The notes below the pieces were generated by a model. That model did not search any database, was not told the DNA's origin, and saw only the letters and a program-made list of their open reading frames with translations. Of a stretch of 64,000 nt of DNA, positions 8,533 through 19,134 are shown piece after piece. Each line of letters begins with the position of its first letter. Within the stretch, counting starts at the first letter, position 1. A program made the translations under genes and the position numbers. This DNA comes from Candidatus Micrarchaeia archaeon (lineage in GTDB: Archaea > Micrarchaeota > Micrarchaeia > CABMEP01), in the NCBI GenBank assembly GCA_038886535.1, contig JAVZXS010000002.1:6673-70672 (forward strand), given 5' to 3'.

Positions 8533-9972
8533 ATGAAAAATCATATCAGGCAGAGAAGACATACCATGAACCTTTCAGTGATTGAAGGGAGCTTATATTC
8601 ATGCATGGTTGGATTCGCACAGTATTTTATAACACCATACGCAGTATTCTTAGGTATGTCTAATTTTATGATTGGTTTACTGCGTTCAATTTCATCTCTT
8701 GTTTCTGCATTAGGCTTTTATCTAAGCCCCTTACTTATGCAGTTTGAAGAAAAACGAAAAGAAACAATATCTAAGTTTGTTTCTTATCAAGCTTATACAA
8801 TAATATTATTTCTTTTAATTCCATTATTTCCATTTGATAAATCAATTTTATTCATCATTTTTTATTCACTGTTTCTTTTCTTTGGTTCACTAATATCTCC
8901 AATTTGGACTTCACTAATGAAAGATGTTGTAATAAAGAAAGAGCGAGGTTCATATTTTGGAATGAGAAACAAACTTGCAGGACTTTTTGAAGTTGGTTCT
9001 TCTTTAGTTGCAGGTGCGATACTTAGCTATTTTACAAACAATGTTTATTTAGGATTTATAACAATCTTTATCTTCGCCTTTATATTTAGAATTTTTTCAT
9101 CAAATTTAATACTTAAACATTGGGACCCAGTATCAAGATCAAAAAGACCAATGCATAAGTCTCAAGGTTTTAATTTAAAATTACTTATCCTAAATGATGC
9201 ATATCTAAATAATCTGATTCTTCTTGGAGGAGGAATGCTTTTTGCTACAAATATTGCAGGTCCATTCTTTGCGGTTTTCATGCTTAAAAATTTGAATTTT
9301 AGTTATCTTGATTTTACAATTGCAACAATTGCATCAACCTTAGCAACACTTCTATCTCAACCATATTGGGGTAAATTAATAGATAAATATGGAACGCGTC
9401 CAGTTATATTCTCCACTTCAATCTTAATTCCACTCATTCCATTACTATGGGTTCCAGCTACTAATCTTTCTTATGTAATTATTATCCAGCTTTATTCTGG
9501 CCTTGTTTGGGCAGGTTTTGATTTAGCTGTGTTTAACATGTTATTGAAGATATCTCCCAGAAATAAGACTCAATTGTATTCTGCATCATACAATGGTGCA
9601 ATATCGATATTAACATTTCTAGGCATGTTAACTGGTAGTTTTATCATATTGGCTTTGGATTATGTTGATATAAAGATACTTAATAGTATTCAGATAATCT
9701 TTATTATTTCTGGTTTATTGAGATTTATTGTTGCAGGGATTGCGCTTCCAAGAATAACCAAGCATATGCAGGTTAATTCTTTAGAGTTTTTCGTGAAAAC
9801 AATAACAGTATATCCAATTAAAGGTGTGTTATCAGAAGTTGAACAGGGAACAATATTCGCTGAACAAATAGTGGTTTCAACTTCAAGATTAATATTTGAT
9901 CCAATCGCTTCCTTCAAAAGAATTTCAAAAGGTTTTAAAGCAACCATAAGTTTAATAAGCCCAAAGAGATAA
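8533..9972 (+). CDS. MFS-type transporter
   Basis: About 12 TM helices in a 6+6 layout with a central basic loop. No specific substrate signature. Confidence 0.6.
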   Translation: MKNHIRQRRHTMNLSVIEGSLYSCMVGFAQYFITPYAVFLGMSNFMIGLLRSISSLVSALGFYLSPLLMQFEEKRKETISKFVSYQAYTIILFLLIPLFPFDKSILFIIFYSLFLFFGSLISPIWTSLMKDVVIKKERGSYFGMRNKLAGLFEVGSSLVAGAILSYFTNNVYLGFITIFIFAFIFRIFSSNLILKHWDPVSRSKRPMHKSQGFNLKLLILNDAYLNNLILLGGGMLFATNIAGPFFAVFMLKNLNFSYLDFTIATIASTLATLLSQPYWGKLIDKYGTRPVIFSTSILIPLIPLLWVPATNLSYVIIIQLYSGLVWAGFDLAVFNMLLKISPRNKTQLYSASYNGAISILTFLGMLTGSFIILALDYVDIKILNSIQIIFIISGLLRFIVAGIALPRITKHMQVNSLEFFVKTITVYPIKGVLSEVEQGTIFAEQIVVSTSRLIFDPIASFKRISKGFKATISLISPKR

Positions 9973-10014
9973 TATTTTCAAATCTTATAGAAAATTATTA
10001 AACGTAGTGATAAT

Positions 10015-10521
10015 ATGCAGATAGTCAAAATCCCAGTTGAAAGGATAAAGGTATTAATGTCAAATGCAAAATTAATAGAAGAAAAGGGAGAGATAGAACT
10101 TTCTGTTTCAAATGAAGAAGGGATATTAATTAAATCAAGCGACCCTATAGCTGAATGGAAGGCAATCAACGTGGTTAAGGCAGTAGGGAGAGGTTTCAAT
10201 CCAATGATAGCAATAAATCTTTTTAGTGATGATTATATTCTCCATATCATAAATCTTAAAGACATATTTGACAAGGAAAAGCAGAGAATAAGAGTCAGAG
10301 CAAGACTTATAGGCACAAAAGGAAAGACAAGAGCCACAATAGAAGAAATAAGCGGTGCATTTGTTTGTATATACGGAAACACTATAAGTTTCATAGGGAA
10401 ACCTGAAGAAGTTGCCATGGCAGTAGAAGCTGCAAACATGATAATAAACGGAGTAAGTCACGGTGCAGTTTATATGTTTCTTCAAAAAGAAAGAAAACGA
10501 TTAGAATCAATGAAAATTTGA
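10015..10521 (+). CDS. KH-domain RNA-binding protein (archaeal Dim2/Pno1-like)
   Basis: Two KH-like modules: VVKAVGRGFNP and RLIGTKGKTRATIEEISGA (GxxG loops). Confidence 0.7.
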   Translation: MQIVKIPVERIKVLMSNAKLIEEKGEIELSVSNEEGILIKSSDPIAEWKAINVVKAVGRGFNPMIAINLFSDDYILHIINLKDIFDKEKQRIRVRARLIGTKGKTRATIEEISGAFVCIYGNTISFIGKPEEVAMAVEAANMIINGVSHGAVYMFLQKERKRLESMKI

Positions 10522-10657
10522 TTTTTTTAGCCATTTTTACTTCTTAATGTCATGTTTTTAATATTTTCTTAACAAATATATATGTTGCTTAATTAGCAAA
10601 ATAAAAACAAAGAACGCAAACGCTCTTTTCTTTTATTAGGTCGACCAAGGTGTTCGT

Positions 10658-12400
10658 ATGGATCAAAAAGATCAGATTCCACAAGTTACTGTGCAAGAAG
10701 TTCCTCAACTAAATAAAGATCAGGTGATTTCTACAGAGATAAAATCAACAAAAATAACCGCAGGGGTTCAAGAAATAGAGAGTAAAGAGATATTCTCAGA
10801 ATTCCGTGAGCATTCTGTAGCAGAATTCTTTAAGAAAAATAGGCAGATGCTTGGTTTATCAGGTAAGGTCAGGTCACTTACAACACTTGTTCACGAATAT
10901 GTAACAAACAGTTTGGATGCATGTGAAGAAGCAAAGATTCTTCCAAATATATATGTCAAAATTGATAATCTTCCAAATGGTCATGTAAGACTTTATGTAG
11001 AAGACAATGGGCCCGGAATACCTAAACAATTCATAGGAAGGGCGCTTGGTCAGATGCTTGCAGGCACTAAATTCCACAGATTTGTTCAACAAAGAGGTCA
11101 GCAAGGTATAGGTGCTACAGCTGGAACAATGTATGCTCAAATAACAACAGGAAAACCGATACATTGTCGCTCAAGTACAGGAGATAATATTATATATGAA
11201 TGCGATATTGCAGTTGATCTTAAAACAAATACTCCAAAAATTTCAAACATGGTTGAATACACTGGAAAATATAGAGGCTTAACTATAATTGGAGAATTTG
11301 GAGAGGTCAAATATGATAGAAGTGAGTATTCTGCATTCGAATATCTAAAAGCAACCGCACTTGCCAATCCTCATGCTCAAATAACAATCGTAGAGCCAGA
11401 TGGTCAGAGAACAGTATTTCAAAGAGCACATGAAGAAGTACCTGAGAGGCCAAAACCAGCACAACCACATCCATTAGGAATTACGACTGATGACTTGATC
11501 AATTATGCTCATCATTCCAAAGAAAGGAAGCTTTCATCTTTCCTTACTGCCAACTTTGCAAGGATATCAGATTCAAAGATAGAAGAATTAAAGAAACTGT
11601 GCCCATCGATAAACTTTGACAAGATGCCTAGGGAACTTAAGTGGGAGGAGGCAGAAGCAATAGTCAATGCATTTAAACAGATAAAATGGATCGCCCCTTC
11701 AGCAGATCCACTAAGGCCGATAGGAAAGGAGCAAATAGAAAAAGCACTTAAAAACGTACTTCAACCTGAATTTATTTCTGTTTCTGAGAGAAGCCCCAAG
11801 GTATTTAGAGGAGGAGTTCCTTTCTTAGTTGAAGTTGGAATTGCATACAAAGGAAAGGCCGGAAGGCAAAAATCAGATGGTACAGTGGGATTAGATGTGA
11901 AGAGATTTGCAAATAGAGCACCGCTTCTTTTTGATGCAGGTGGATGTGCAACAATGGAAGCAGTCAAGACAATCGATTGGAGTCGATATGGGTTAAAAGA
12001 TATCGAGAATATGCCTGTAACTTTATTTATGAATTTAGTTTCAGTACATGTACCCTACACAAGTGCAGGTAAGCAAGCAATTTCACCAGAAGAAGAAATA
12101 GTTGAAGAATTTAGATATGCAATTATGGAGGTTGCAAGAGATCTTGATCGTTATTTATCAGGAAAAATAAGAGATGAACAAAGAGAGGCGAGAAAGAAAG
12201 CAATAATGAGATATGTCAAACAATTGTCATCTGATCTTCCTTATCTTGCAGGTGAAAAAACTCCTGAAGAACTTGAGAAGAAACTTATAAGTATAATCGA
12301 GTCTAAATATTCAAAGATATTTGAAAAAGGAAGGCTAACTAGTGAAGAAGAAAAGCAAATTAAAAAACAGAAAGAAGAGGAAGAAGATATAGAAGAATAA
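10658..12400 (+). CDS. top6B: DNA topoisomerase VI subunit B
   Basis: Bergerat-fold motifs HEYVTNSLDACEE and EDNGPGIP, then GQQGIGA. Located directly upstream of top6A. Confidence 0.95.
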   Translation: MDQKDQIPQVTVQEVPQLNKDQVISTEIKSTKITAGVQEIESKEIFSEFREHSVAEFFKKNRQMLGLSGKVRSLTTLVHEYVTNSLDACEEAKILPNIYVKIDNLPNGHVRLYVEDNGPGIPKQFIGRALGQMLAGTKFHRFVQQRGQQGIGATAGTMYAQITTGKPIHCRSSTGDNIIYECDIAVDLKTNTPKISNMVEYTGKYRGLTIIGEFGEVKYDRSEYSAFEYLKATALANPHAQITIVEPDGQRTVFQRAHEEVPERPKPAQPHPLGITTDDLINYAHHSKERKLSSFLTANFARISDSKIEELKKLCPSINFDKMPRELKWEEAEAIVNAFKQIKWIAPSADPLRPIGKEQIEKALKNVLQPEFISVSERSPKVFRGGVPFLVEVGIAYKGKAGRQKSDGTVGLDVKRFANRAPLLFDAGGCATMEAVKTIDWSRYGLKDIENMPVTLFMNLVSVHVPYTSAGKQAISPEEEIVEEFRYAIMEVARDLDRYLSGKIRDEQREARKKAIMRYVKQLSSDLPYLAGEKTPEELEKKLISIIESKYSKIFEKGRLTSEEEKQIKKQKEEEEDIEE

Positions 12401-12428
12401 TTCATTAGTTCAGATAAATGGTGATTTT

Positions 12429-13574
12429 ATGGCAAAGAAAAAAGATATTCAGATTGAAAAATCTAATGCACCTCTTACAAAAGAAGATATACTAGTAAAA
12501 GAAAAATTAGAAATGTTAGGAAAACAGTTGATTAGAGAAATTGAAAATGGTCAATCACCATATTTTGAAACTCTATTAAGAGGAAGGTCAAATGTATTCC
12601 ATAGTGAAGAAGGTTATTTATATTTAGGTGATAAGAAGGAAAAAAGAGTTTTCCTTAATGTAGCACAAGCAAAGAAATTTATGCAGACTATAGCAGTAGC
12701 TGCTAAATGCAAGAAATTCAAAGAGGAGAATCTTCATACTTCAATTAGAGGTCTTTTCTATCAGTTGAAATTTACTTTAGGTGAGGATTTAGATGAGGAA
12801 CTTTTTGAAGAACAATCAGAATCTAATGAACTTGTTGAAGACCTCGAAGTTGCTCTTTCACTTAAAAGAGAGGATCTAAATTTAAGTACAGATAGGAAGG
12901 GTGTAGTCGCTGGAAATCTTATCATACTCGATAAATTCGGTGGCGAAGAGATAGAGATAGATTGTACAAAACAAGGTCGTTCTGGATGGATGATCCCTTC
13001 TGATGTAGATAACGGAATGGAATTTATAGATGTAGATGTAGATTATGTTCTTGTAGTAGAAAAAGATGCGCTTTGGCAAAGATTGAATGAAGATAAATTC
13101 TGGAAAAAAGAAAATTGTCTTATAATTACACCAAAAGGTCAAGCATCAAGAGGATGCAGAAGACTTATAAGAAAGTTGGCAGATAGAAACATTCCAATAT
13201 ACTGCTTTATGGATTGTGACGCATGGGGATGGTACATATATTGGACAATAAAGACAGGAAGTATGAACCTTGCTTATTTAGGTAAAAACATTGCAACACC
13301 TGAAGCAAAGTTCATAGGTGTAACTATGTCTGATATAGAAAGATATGACTTCTTAAAGAAACTAACAATAAATGCAAAAGAAGTAGATCTTAAAAGAGCA
13401 GAAGAACTTCTTTCTTATCCTTGGATTAGCAAGCATCAAGATTGGGTTAAAGAATTGAAGATAGTTCTAGATACAAAGAAAAAGATAGAGCAGGATGCAT
13501 TGCAAGGACCTCGTTTAACATTCGTTGGAGAATACGTAAGGGAAAAAATCGAGAAAAAGCAATTCTTATACTGA
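12429..13574 (+). CDS. top6A: DNA topoisomerase VI subunit A (Spo11 homolog)
   Basis: Catalytic Tyr region IRGLFYQL. Toprim motifs VLVVEKDALWQRL and FMDCDAWGWYIY. Confidence 0.95.
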   Translation: MAKKKDIQIEKSNAPLTKEDILVKEKLEMLGKQLIREIENGQSPYFETLLRGRSNVFHSEEGYLYLGDKKEKRVFLNVAQAKKFMQTIAVAAKCKKFKEENLHTSIRGLFYQLKFTLGEDLDEELFEEQSESNELVEDLEVALSLKREDLNLSTDRKGVVAGNLIILDKFGGEEIEIDCTKQGRSGWMIPSDVDNGMEFIDVDVDYVLVVEKDALWQRLNEDKFWKKENCLIITPKGQASRGCRRLIRKLADRNIPIYCFMDCDAWGWYIYWTIKTGSMNLAYLGKNIATPEAKFIGVTMSDIERYDFLKKLTINAKEVDLKRAEELLSYPWISKHQDWVKELKIVLDTKKKIEQDALQGPRLTFVGEYVREKIEKKQFLY

Positions 13575-13581
13575 AATGAAA

Positions 13582-13617
13582 ATATCAATACGTTTCATAA
13601 TATCAGTACGGTTCATA
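13582..13617. repeat. Tandem 18-nt direct repeat, ATATCAATACGTTTCATA / ATATCAGTACGGTTCATA (2 mismatches)
   Basis: Read directly, 8 nt after the top6A stop. Confidence 0.85.
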
Positions 13618-13813
13618 CTCACATAGTTATATGGTGATGTTTTTTGCAATATTGTTTCCTTTTTCTCATTTCATATTTTTTTGTTATATCATACTATTAA
13701 ATGTGTTTTTAATATTGTAAAAATACAATATGTAGTATAAATTTTATTCGTTTAATGTCGTATTTTCAGAAATTTATAGAAAACTTTTTAAAGTTCAATG
13801 TTTCTTATATTTT

Positions 13814-15127
13814 ATGGTAGTCCGCTCTCTTCGTGATTCAACTCTGCTTATCGCAGAAGCAAATTCTTTTTTGGATCGTTTAGAACGACCAAAGACGTTG
13901 AAAGAAATCGAAAGCAATCTTCATTCTTTAAGTCGCATTAAAGAAGAAATGTTAGCTGCAGGTTTCAATGCAACTTTTCCTGAACTAATGCTTAATATAA
14001 AAACAGAACTAGCTGACGATGAAATTTCTTCAGATCTCTCAAAACAGTTAAGAAATCTAAGAGAGTTTGCAAATCTTAAAAAATATACTCTTAATAGAGT
14101 AAAGGTTGCAATCGCCTCACATAACATTTTATACAATATGTTTCAGAGAGGAACAGTATATGCTTTTGCGGACTATCTTCCATATAATGGTCAATACTTA
14201 TATGAACTTATTTATTTAGGTGAACCAGCAATACGCGCATATAACGCATTGAATATAATTCTTTCACAGAAAAAAGAAAATAAAAGTGGAGAATATACTG
14301 TTGTTATTTCTGTCGATGGGAAAAAACAAAAGATAAAACTTGATTCAAATCAAAACCTCGGTGAAAGAGTAAGAAGAGTATACGGAGAGGGGGCTACAAT
14401 ATTAAGCATTACTAAAAGAAATACTGAAAAGCCATTAGTAAATGGAAGGAGCAATAGAATAGCGATCGCGTCAGCATATGCAAGATTAGCAGCTAGTTTA
14501 GTATATCCAAAATTAAGTAATAGCCAATTATTTACAAATGAAAAACATAAAATTTATTCATCAATCCTTTCAAAGCATGGATTATCTTCAGATACTAGAA
14601 TAGATTTATTAGATGAAAGAGAAGATCTTGAAGATGAGTTATATTCCAAGAACCTTCTTTTTGAAGAGAATAATATAAAAGTTTTGCATCCTGATGTAAT
14701 AAATGCGATTACAAAGAATAGAAAGAGATTTAATAAAGAAACAGTTAAAGAAGCGGAGAGACTTCTTAGTGAAGATATATTCTATTTCTTTATGGCAGAG
14801 TCAAAGAAGGCAAGAACAGCATACCCACTATTCAAAGGAATTTCAAATGAAATTGATGAACGTTTTGACTTCATGAATAAAGTGATCGGAAACAATTCAG
14901 TTCCTTTGATAAAAGAGAAACTTGCTCTTGAATCTTTAGTTCCGACTTCAAGTAAGGAATTGTCTGCAGTTCTTTTGTTAAACTCTGGAAGAAAGAAAGA
15001 ATGGTGTATGGAGAAATTTGGTCTTTCTGAAGCAGAGCTAGAAGAAGCCAAATCAAAGTTAGCTCCTTATCTTAAGAATGTCTCATCACAAGCTAGAGAG
15101 TTTCTTGATCTGTTAAAAAAGAAATGA
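13814..15127 (+). CDS. Hypothetical protein, 437 aa, largely alpha-helical, with no family recognised
   Basis: Long ORF with coding-like composition, preceded by a 239-nt AT-rich intergenic region. Confidence 0.6.
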   Translation: MVVRSLRDSTLLIAEANSFLDRLERPKTLKEIESNLHSLSRIKEEMLAAGFNATFPELMLNIKTELADDEISSDLSKQLRNLREFANLKKYTLNRVKVAIASHNILYNMFQRGTVYAFADYLPYNGQYLYELIYLGEPAIRAYNALNIILSQKKENKSGEYTVVISVDGKKQKIKLDSNQNLGERVRRVYGEGATILSITKRNTEKPLVNGRSNRIAIASAYARLAASLVYPKLSNSQLFTNEKHKIYSSILSKHGLSSDTRIDLLDEREDLEDELYSKNLLFEENNIKVLHPDVINAITKNRKRFNKETVKEAERLLSEDIFYFFMAESKKARTAYPLFKGISNEIDERFDFMNKVIGNNSVPLIKEKLALESLVPTSSKELSAVLLLNSGRKKEWCMEKFGLSEAELEEAKSKLAPYLKNVSSQAREFLDLLKKK

Positions 15128-15179
15128 TTTCTTTAATAATTTTTTCTTTAATTTTGCATTTTAAAGTTAGGTTGATATC

Positions 15180-15506
15180 TTGCAAGAGAATGAAATTATA
15201 AAGAGAAAGGTTACTATTAGAGATATAGTTAACATATTAAATAGACCCTACCCTATTAAAAGAATTAGAATAAGTCAGGGCGCATACAATTTCCTTCCAA
15301 AGAAAGCTTTAAACACTTTAAATAAAATGAAAATTAAAATCGAAGTAATACCTTTGAAAAGAGGTCCAAGTACCAAGGTAGACAAAGAGAAAATAAGAAT
15401 GCTTTACAAATCCGATGTAAATGCATATGAGATTTCAAAAAATTTAAAAATTCCTTTGAGAACTGTCTATTATCACATTAAAAGAATAAAGAAAGAAGAA
15501 AATTGA
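15180..15506 (+). CDS. Small basic protein with a possible C-terminal HTH
   Basis: TTG start after AGGT. C-terminus is NAYEISKNLKIPLRTVYYHIKRIKK. Confidence 0.4.
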   Translation: MQENEIIKRKVTIRDIVNILNRPYPIKRIRISQGAYNFLPKKALNTLNKMKIKIEVIPLKRGPSTKVDKEKIRMLYKSDVNAYEISKNLKIPLRTVYYHIKRIKKEEN

Positions 15507-15634
15507 TTAGAAATAATTATTTTAATTACTTTAAAATTTTTTGTACAATTTAAATAAATTTGCAAGGTGTTTCTAATCAGTATAGAAAATGAAAAAGAAT
15601 TTAAATTTAGACATATATTATAATATTACTTTGT

Positions 15635-15733
15635 GCCTCGGTAGCTCAGTTGGTAGAGCGTGTGGCTGTTAATTGTATTAGTCAGTTTAAAGCAGAAACC
15701 ACAAGGTCGGAAGTTCGAGTCTTCCCCGGGGCG
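15635..15733 (+). tRNA. tRNA-Asn (anticodon GTT) with a ~26-nt intron at the canonical 37/38 position
   Basis: Acceptor GCCTCGG/CCGGGGC, D arm GCTC-AGTTGGTA-GAGC, anticodon stem TGTGG/CCACA, loop CTGTTAA, T arm GGAAG-TTCGAGT-CTTCC, discriminator G. Intron is about 15672-15697. No encoded CCA. Confidence 0.85.
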
Positions 15734-15735
15734 CA

Positions 15736-16239
15736 TCATTTTTCTATTTTTATTTTATCTCCAATTCTTATACCATTTATTTTTGAGAAATTGGTGTTCA
15801 ATTCTAGAGCATATAAAATAGGTTTATTTGGACTATATATCTTACATGTTTGGTTTTTTATGTTGCAAGGTTCAATTTCAACAATTTGAATAATGTTTAG
15901 TTCTTTATCAATAAATAGTATTTCTAAAGGGATCAATGTATCTTTCATCCAAAAAGAGTGGTAGTCTTCATTTTCAAAAATAAATAACATGCCTTCGTCT
16001 TTTCCAAGGTATGTTCTATTCATTAATCCTATAGCTCTTTCTTCTGGTGTATCTGCAATTTCTACTTTTATTTTGATATCATTTACTATTACTTCTGCAA
16101 ATTCAGTTGTTTTTTCTTTTGTTTTTATATAAGATTCATAAAATAGAAAAAATAGAATAAAAGCTAAAATTACAAAAATCAATATTAGTTTATTTCTTCC
16201 TGAGATTTTATTCTCTTTATTTTCAGATATACTTTTCAT
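15736..16239 (-). CDS. DUF192 (COG1430) protein with N-terminal membrane anchor
   Basis: VEIADTPEERAIGLMNRTYLGKDEGMLFIF and the LDMLFID-like LEILFIDKE motif. Confidence 0.75.
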   Translation of the reverse strand: MKSISENKENKISGRNKLILIFVILAFILFFLFYESYIKTKEKTTEFAEVIVNDIKIKVEIADTPEERAIGLMNRTYLGKDEGMLFIFENEDYHSFWMKDTLIPLEILFIDKELNIIQIVEIEPCNIKNQTCKIYSPNKPILYALELNTNFSKINGIRIGDKIKIEK

Positions 16240-16281
16240 TCAAAACACTTACTCGCTAATTATTTCTTACCTCTTAATTAT

Positions 16282-19107
16282 TTATTCGATTTTACCTATT
16301 ATCACTTTTTGTAATTCAACAGGAGGAATTGCATTTGCCATTTCTATAGCAAATGAAAGTTTTGTTTCGCTTTCAGATACGATTTCAAATAAAGTATCTC
16401 CAGGATTAACTTTATCACCTGTTTCACAATGTAGTATTATTCCTGCTCCTTTATCTTTCGGTGCGCCAGCAACTCTAGCTATTTTATTTATATATTTGTT
16501 GTCAACGTGCGACACTCTTCCTCCCTTTTCTGCTTTAATTGCATATCTATAATGACCGATTGGAATATCATCCTCCTTTACATTTGGATTTCCACCTTGC
16601 GCCTCTACAATCTCTTTGAATTTTTCATATGCCTTTCCACTTTTGATAATGTCAAATGCATAGTCAGCACCTTTTCCAACTGGCGCCTTCCCAAGCATTT
16701 CTAAGATACTTCCAGCCATAAGGCAGCTCTTCTCCCTCAATTCCTCTCCATCTTTCATTTTAAGCGCTTTAAGGACTTCAAGACATTCAAGACCCGGACC
16801 TATACCAAATCCTATTGGATCAGATCCATCAGTTATTAGACATCGTGTTTTTATTCCAAGCTGTTCACTAACTTGTAGAAAATCATTCGCTAGCAATCTT
16901 CCCTCTGATTCATTTTCAACTTTTGCACCTCTTCCAACAGGAATGTCAACAATTAGATACTCCGCGCCTACTGCTTTCTTCTTTCCCAGGATAGATGCTA
17001 GTAGAAGACCTTTTGGATCTAGGTGCAAAGAGTTTCTTATTCTGATTAATTTGTCGTCTACTGGCGCTAGATTTATTGCGCCTCCCCATGCAATACATCC
17101 ATGTGTTTTAAGAACAACTTTTCTCAATTCTTCAATGGGAAGAACAACAGGCGCAAAAACCTCAAATGTATCTGCAGTTCCGGACGCAGATGAAATAGCT
17201 CTTGATGATGTTTTCGGAATATATACTCCGGCAGCTGCAAGAATAGGAACGATTAACATTGTAGTTCTGTTTCCCGCAACTCCTCCTATACAATTATGCA
17301 CTGCGATTGGCGCAGTTCCAGCCATGAATCTGTGATAACCATCAACTTTAATATCATATACGTATTCTGTATTAGGTTTTATCAGTTCGATTCTTTTAAT
17401 GCGTAAAACAGACAACTGTCCTCTTATGAATTTCCTAACATCTTCGCTTTTAATATGGGCCATAATGCGTGATAGTTTTTCCTTTGTTATATACTTTTGT
17501 TCTTTTAATAGCTTTCTAAAACGCCAATCAATTTTATTTTTATCGATCTCTCCAATTTCTTTTATCGGCAGTAGGTTGAGGAATGAGATATTCGCTTTCT
17601 TTCTCTCGCCAAAGATTTGGCGTGCTTGCGTGTATACATAGTATGAATCTTGAGTCATTGCAGTTTGTTTTGGAAATTTTCTTTTCTTCCCCCCAGACAT
17701 CGACAATTTGGCTGAACATCCCATCAAGCTAAGCAAGTACTGTAATCCTATTGCCAGATTCTTAGAAGAAGTCACATAAATAACTTTGTATCCTCTTCTC
17801 ACATATCTATCTCCAGCAAATAACGCCTTTATGAATTCTTTTTTCATTTCTTCATCTAAATCAAAAATGAATGGTGGAATCTGTTTATTGAGGGCATCGC
17901 TTCCAGCTTTCAGTTTTTCAAATTCTTTTGCAAGCTTTTGGTTATAAATACATATGCGGATTGCGGTTTTATGCACCCTGTTAATTGTCGGTTCTTTTCC
18001 AAATAAATGCTTAATGCATGCAACCGCGTCTTCGATAAGTTCCTTTTCGTGAGAACCAAAATTCAGGAAGATGCCTTGAGAATTTGTAAATCCTTCTGCA
18101 ATGTAATATCCCAAAAATCTCATAAATTCACGATCGATCTTTATTTCTTTCTCTCCAATGCTAATCCTTTCCAGTTTTTCTTTGTTTTCATTTTTGAATC
18201 CAGAAGGTACAACCACATAATCTCCAACTTTTAATTCCTTCGCCATGATGTTGGTTATCTTTCCATTTTTTAGAATAAAAACAGTATGGTCGGAAGTCAC
18301 AGCGATGTTTCTATTTCCAACTAATGAGATTTTATAAAGTTTATCCGGTGCCTTCACTCGAAATACACCAGAAACAGGTTTGAATGAAACATTTCCTTCG
18401 TCATCAAATACAAGGGTCTGGAGTCCGTTTAAATTTTTATTAGTAAATTCCGCACCATCATCATTTATAATTTCATCTGGCTTGCATCGATCAAATATTT
18501 TGTCAATTGCATCACCAATGTTGACAACCTTTGCTTCTCCACTATTCTTTATTAAGATAGGTACGTCTCCAGCCAGGCAATGCTTATCTGCAATAGGGTG
18601 GACACCAAGATCTAATGTTGTTCCTGTTTCAACCATTGCCTTAGCAAGAGAAACTGTTTCCCCTATTCCAAATCCATTTATATACGCAGCTGCAATGAAT
18701 GATGCAAGTTCACCTTCACTTAATCTATTTTCAACTGTTTCTTTTACTATAGTATATATCTCGTTTTCAGTAAGCGATTCTCTATCCATTTTTTTCTTTA
18801 TATATTCTAATGATTTTGGAACCGGGATATGTTGTATTTCTACAATATCGCCATCTTTAACTTTCAATTGTTTTGCTATATCTTTATAAATTGCCACGTC
18901 TCCTTTTTTAACCATTGTTTCTGATGTATCTATTATAGATATTACTTCTTTTCCTTTGTATTTTATACTCACTCTGTCAGATATGTAAATATCATTATAA
19001 GTTGCTTCTTCCTCATTAAGAATAGCTATATTTTTTCCAGCTTCTATGTCCAATATTCTTACTTTGAATCTATGAATTCTGTGTGGAATTTCTTTGTTTA
19101 TTTTCAT
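16282..19107 (-). CDS. deoA: AMP phosphorylase (archaeal DeoA, thymidine-phosphorylase family), interrupted by one intein (extein 512 aa + intein 429 aa)
   Basis: AMPpase-type N-terminal extension (FKVRILDIEAGKNIAILNEEEA). DKH|CIGGVAGNRTT, TSSRAISSASGTADT, WGGAINLAPVDD, and C-terminal KGAGIILHCETGDKV. Confidence 0.9.
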   Translation of the reverse strand: MKINKEIPHRIHRFKVRILDIEAGKNIAILNEEEATYNDIYISDRVSIKYKGKEVISIIDTSETMVKKGDVAIYKDIAKQLKVKDGDIVEIQHIPVPKSLEYIKKKMDRESLTENEIYTIVKETVENRLSEGELASFIAAAYINGFGIGETVSLAKAMVETGTTLDLGVHPIADKHCLAGDVPILIKNSGEAKVVNIGDAIDKIFDRCKPDEIINDDGAEFTNKNLNGLQTLVFDDEGNVSFKPVSGVFRVKAPDKLYKISLVGNRNIAVTSDHTVFILKNGKITNIMAKELKVGDYVVVPSGFKNENKEKLERISIGEKEIKIDREFMRFLGYYIAEGFTNSQGIFLNFGSHEKELIEDAVACIKHLFGKEPTINRVHKTAIRICIYNQKLAKEFEKLKAGSDALNKQIPPFIFDLDEEMKKEFIKALFAGDRYVRRGYKVIYVTSSKNLAIGLQYLLSLMGCSAKLSMSGGKKRKFPKQTAMTQDSYYVYTQARQIFGERKKANISFLNLLPIKEIGEIDKNKIDWRFRKLLKEQKYITKEKLSRIMAHIKSEDVRKFIRGQLSVLRIKRIELIKPNTEYVYDIKVDGYHRFMAGTAPIAVHNCIGGVAGNRTTMLIVPILAAAGVYIPKTSSRAISSASGTADTFEVFAPVVLPIEELRKVVLKTHGCIAWGGAINLAPVDDKLIRIRNSLHLDPKGLLLASILGKKKAVGAEYLIVDIPVGRGAKVENESEGRLLANDFLQVSEQLGIKTRCLITDGSDPIGFGIGPGLECLEVLKALKMKDGEELREKSCLMAGSILEMLGKAPVGKGADYAFDIIKSGKAYEKFKEIVEAQGGNPNVKEDDIPIGHYRYAIKAEKGGRVSHVDNKYINKIARVAGAPKDKGAGIILHCETGDKVNPGDTLFEIVSESETKLSFAIEMANAIPPVELQKVIIGKIE
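17293..18579 (-). mobile_element. AMP-phosphorylase intein with LAGLIDADG endonuclease domain (aa 177-605)
   Basis: Begins CLAGDVPILIKN right after IADKH. Block B is TSDH. FLGYYIAEGF plus a degenerate second motif, ALFAGDRYV. Ends VYDIKVDGYHRFMAGTAPIAVHN followed by +1 Cys. Junction codons were checked. Confidence 0.9.
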
Positions 19108-19134
19108 ATCCTCACCATTCGGATGATTATTAAT

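Noticed and set aside
15650-15889. 79-aa ORF starting inside the tRNA-Asn gene
   Set aside because: It overlaps the tRNA and then runs antisense to the DUF192 gene, so it is spurious.
18380-18889. 169-aa + strand ORF inside the AMP phosphorylase gene. The same applies to 16943-17335, 20388-20837, 29996-30508, 44283-44807, 57719-58237, 59251-59802 and 60052-60515.
   Set aside because: All of them lie antisense to strongly supported CDSs and have hydrophobic, low-complexity translations without motifs.
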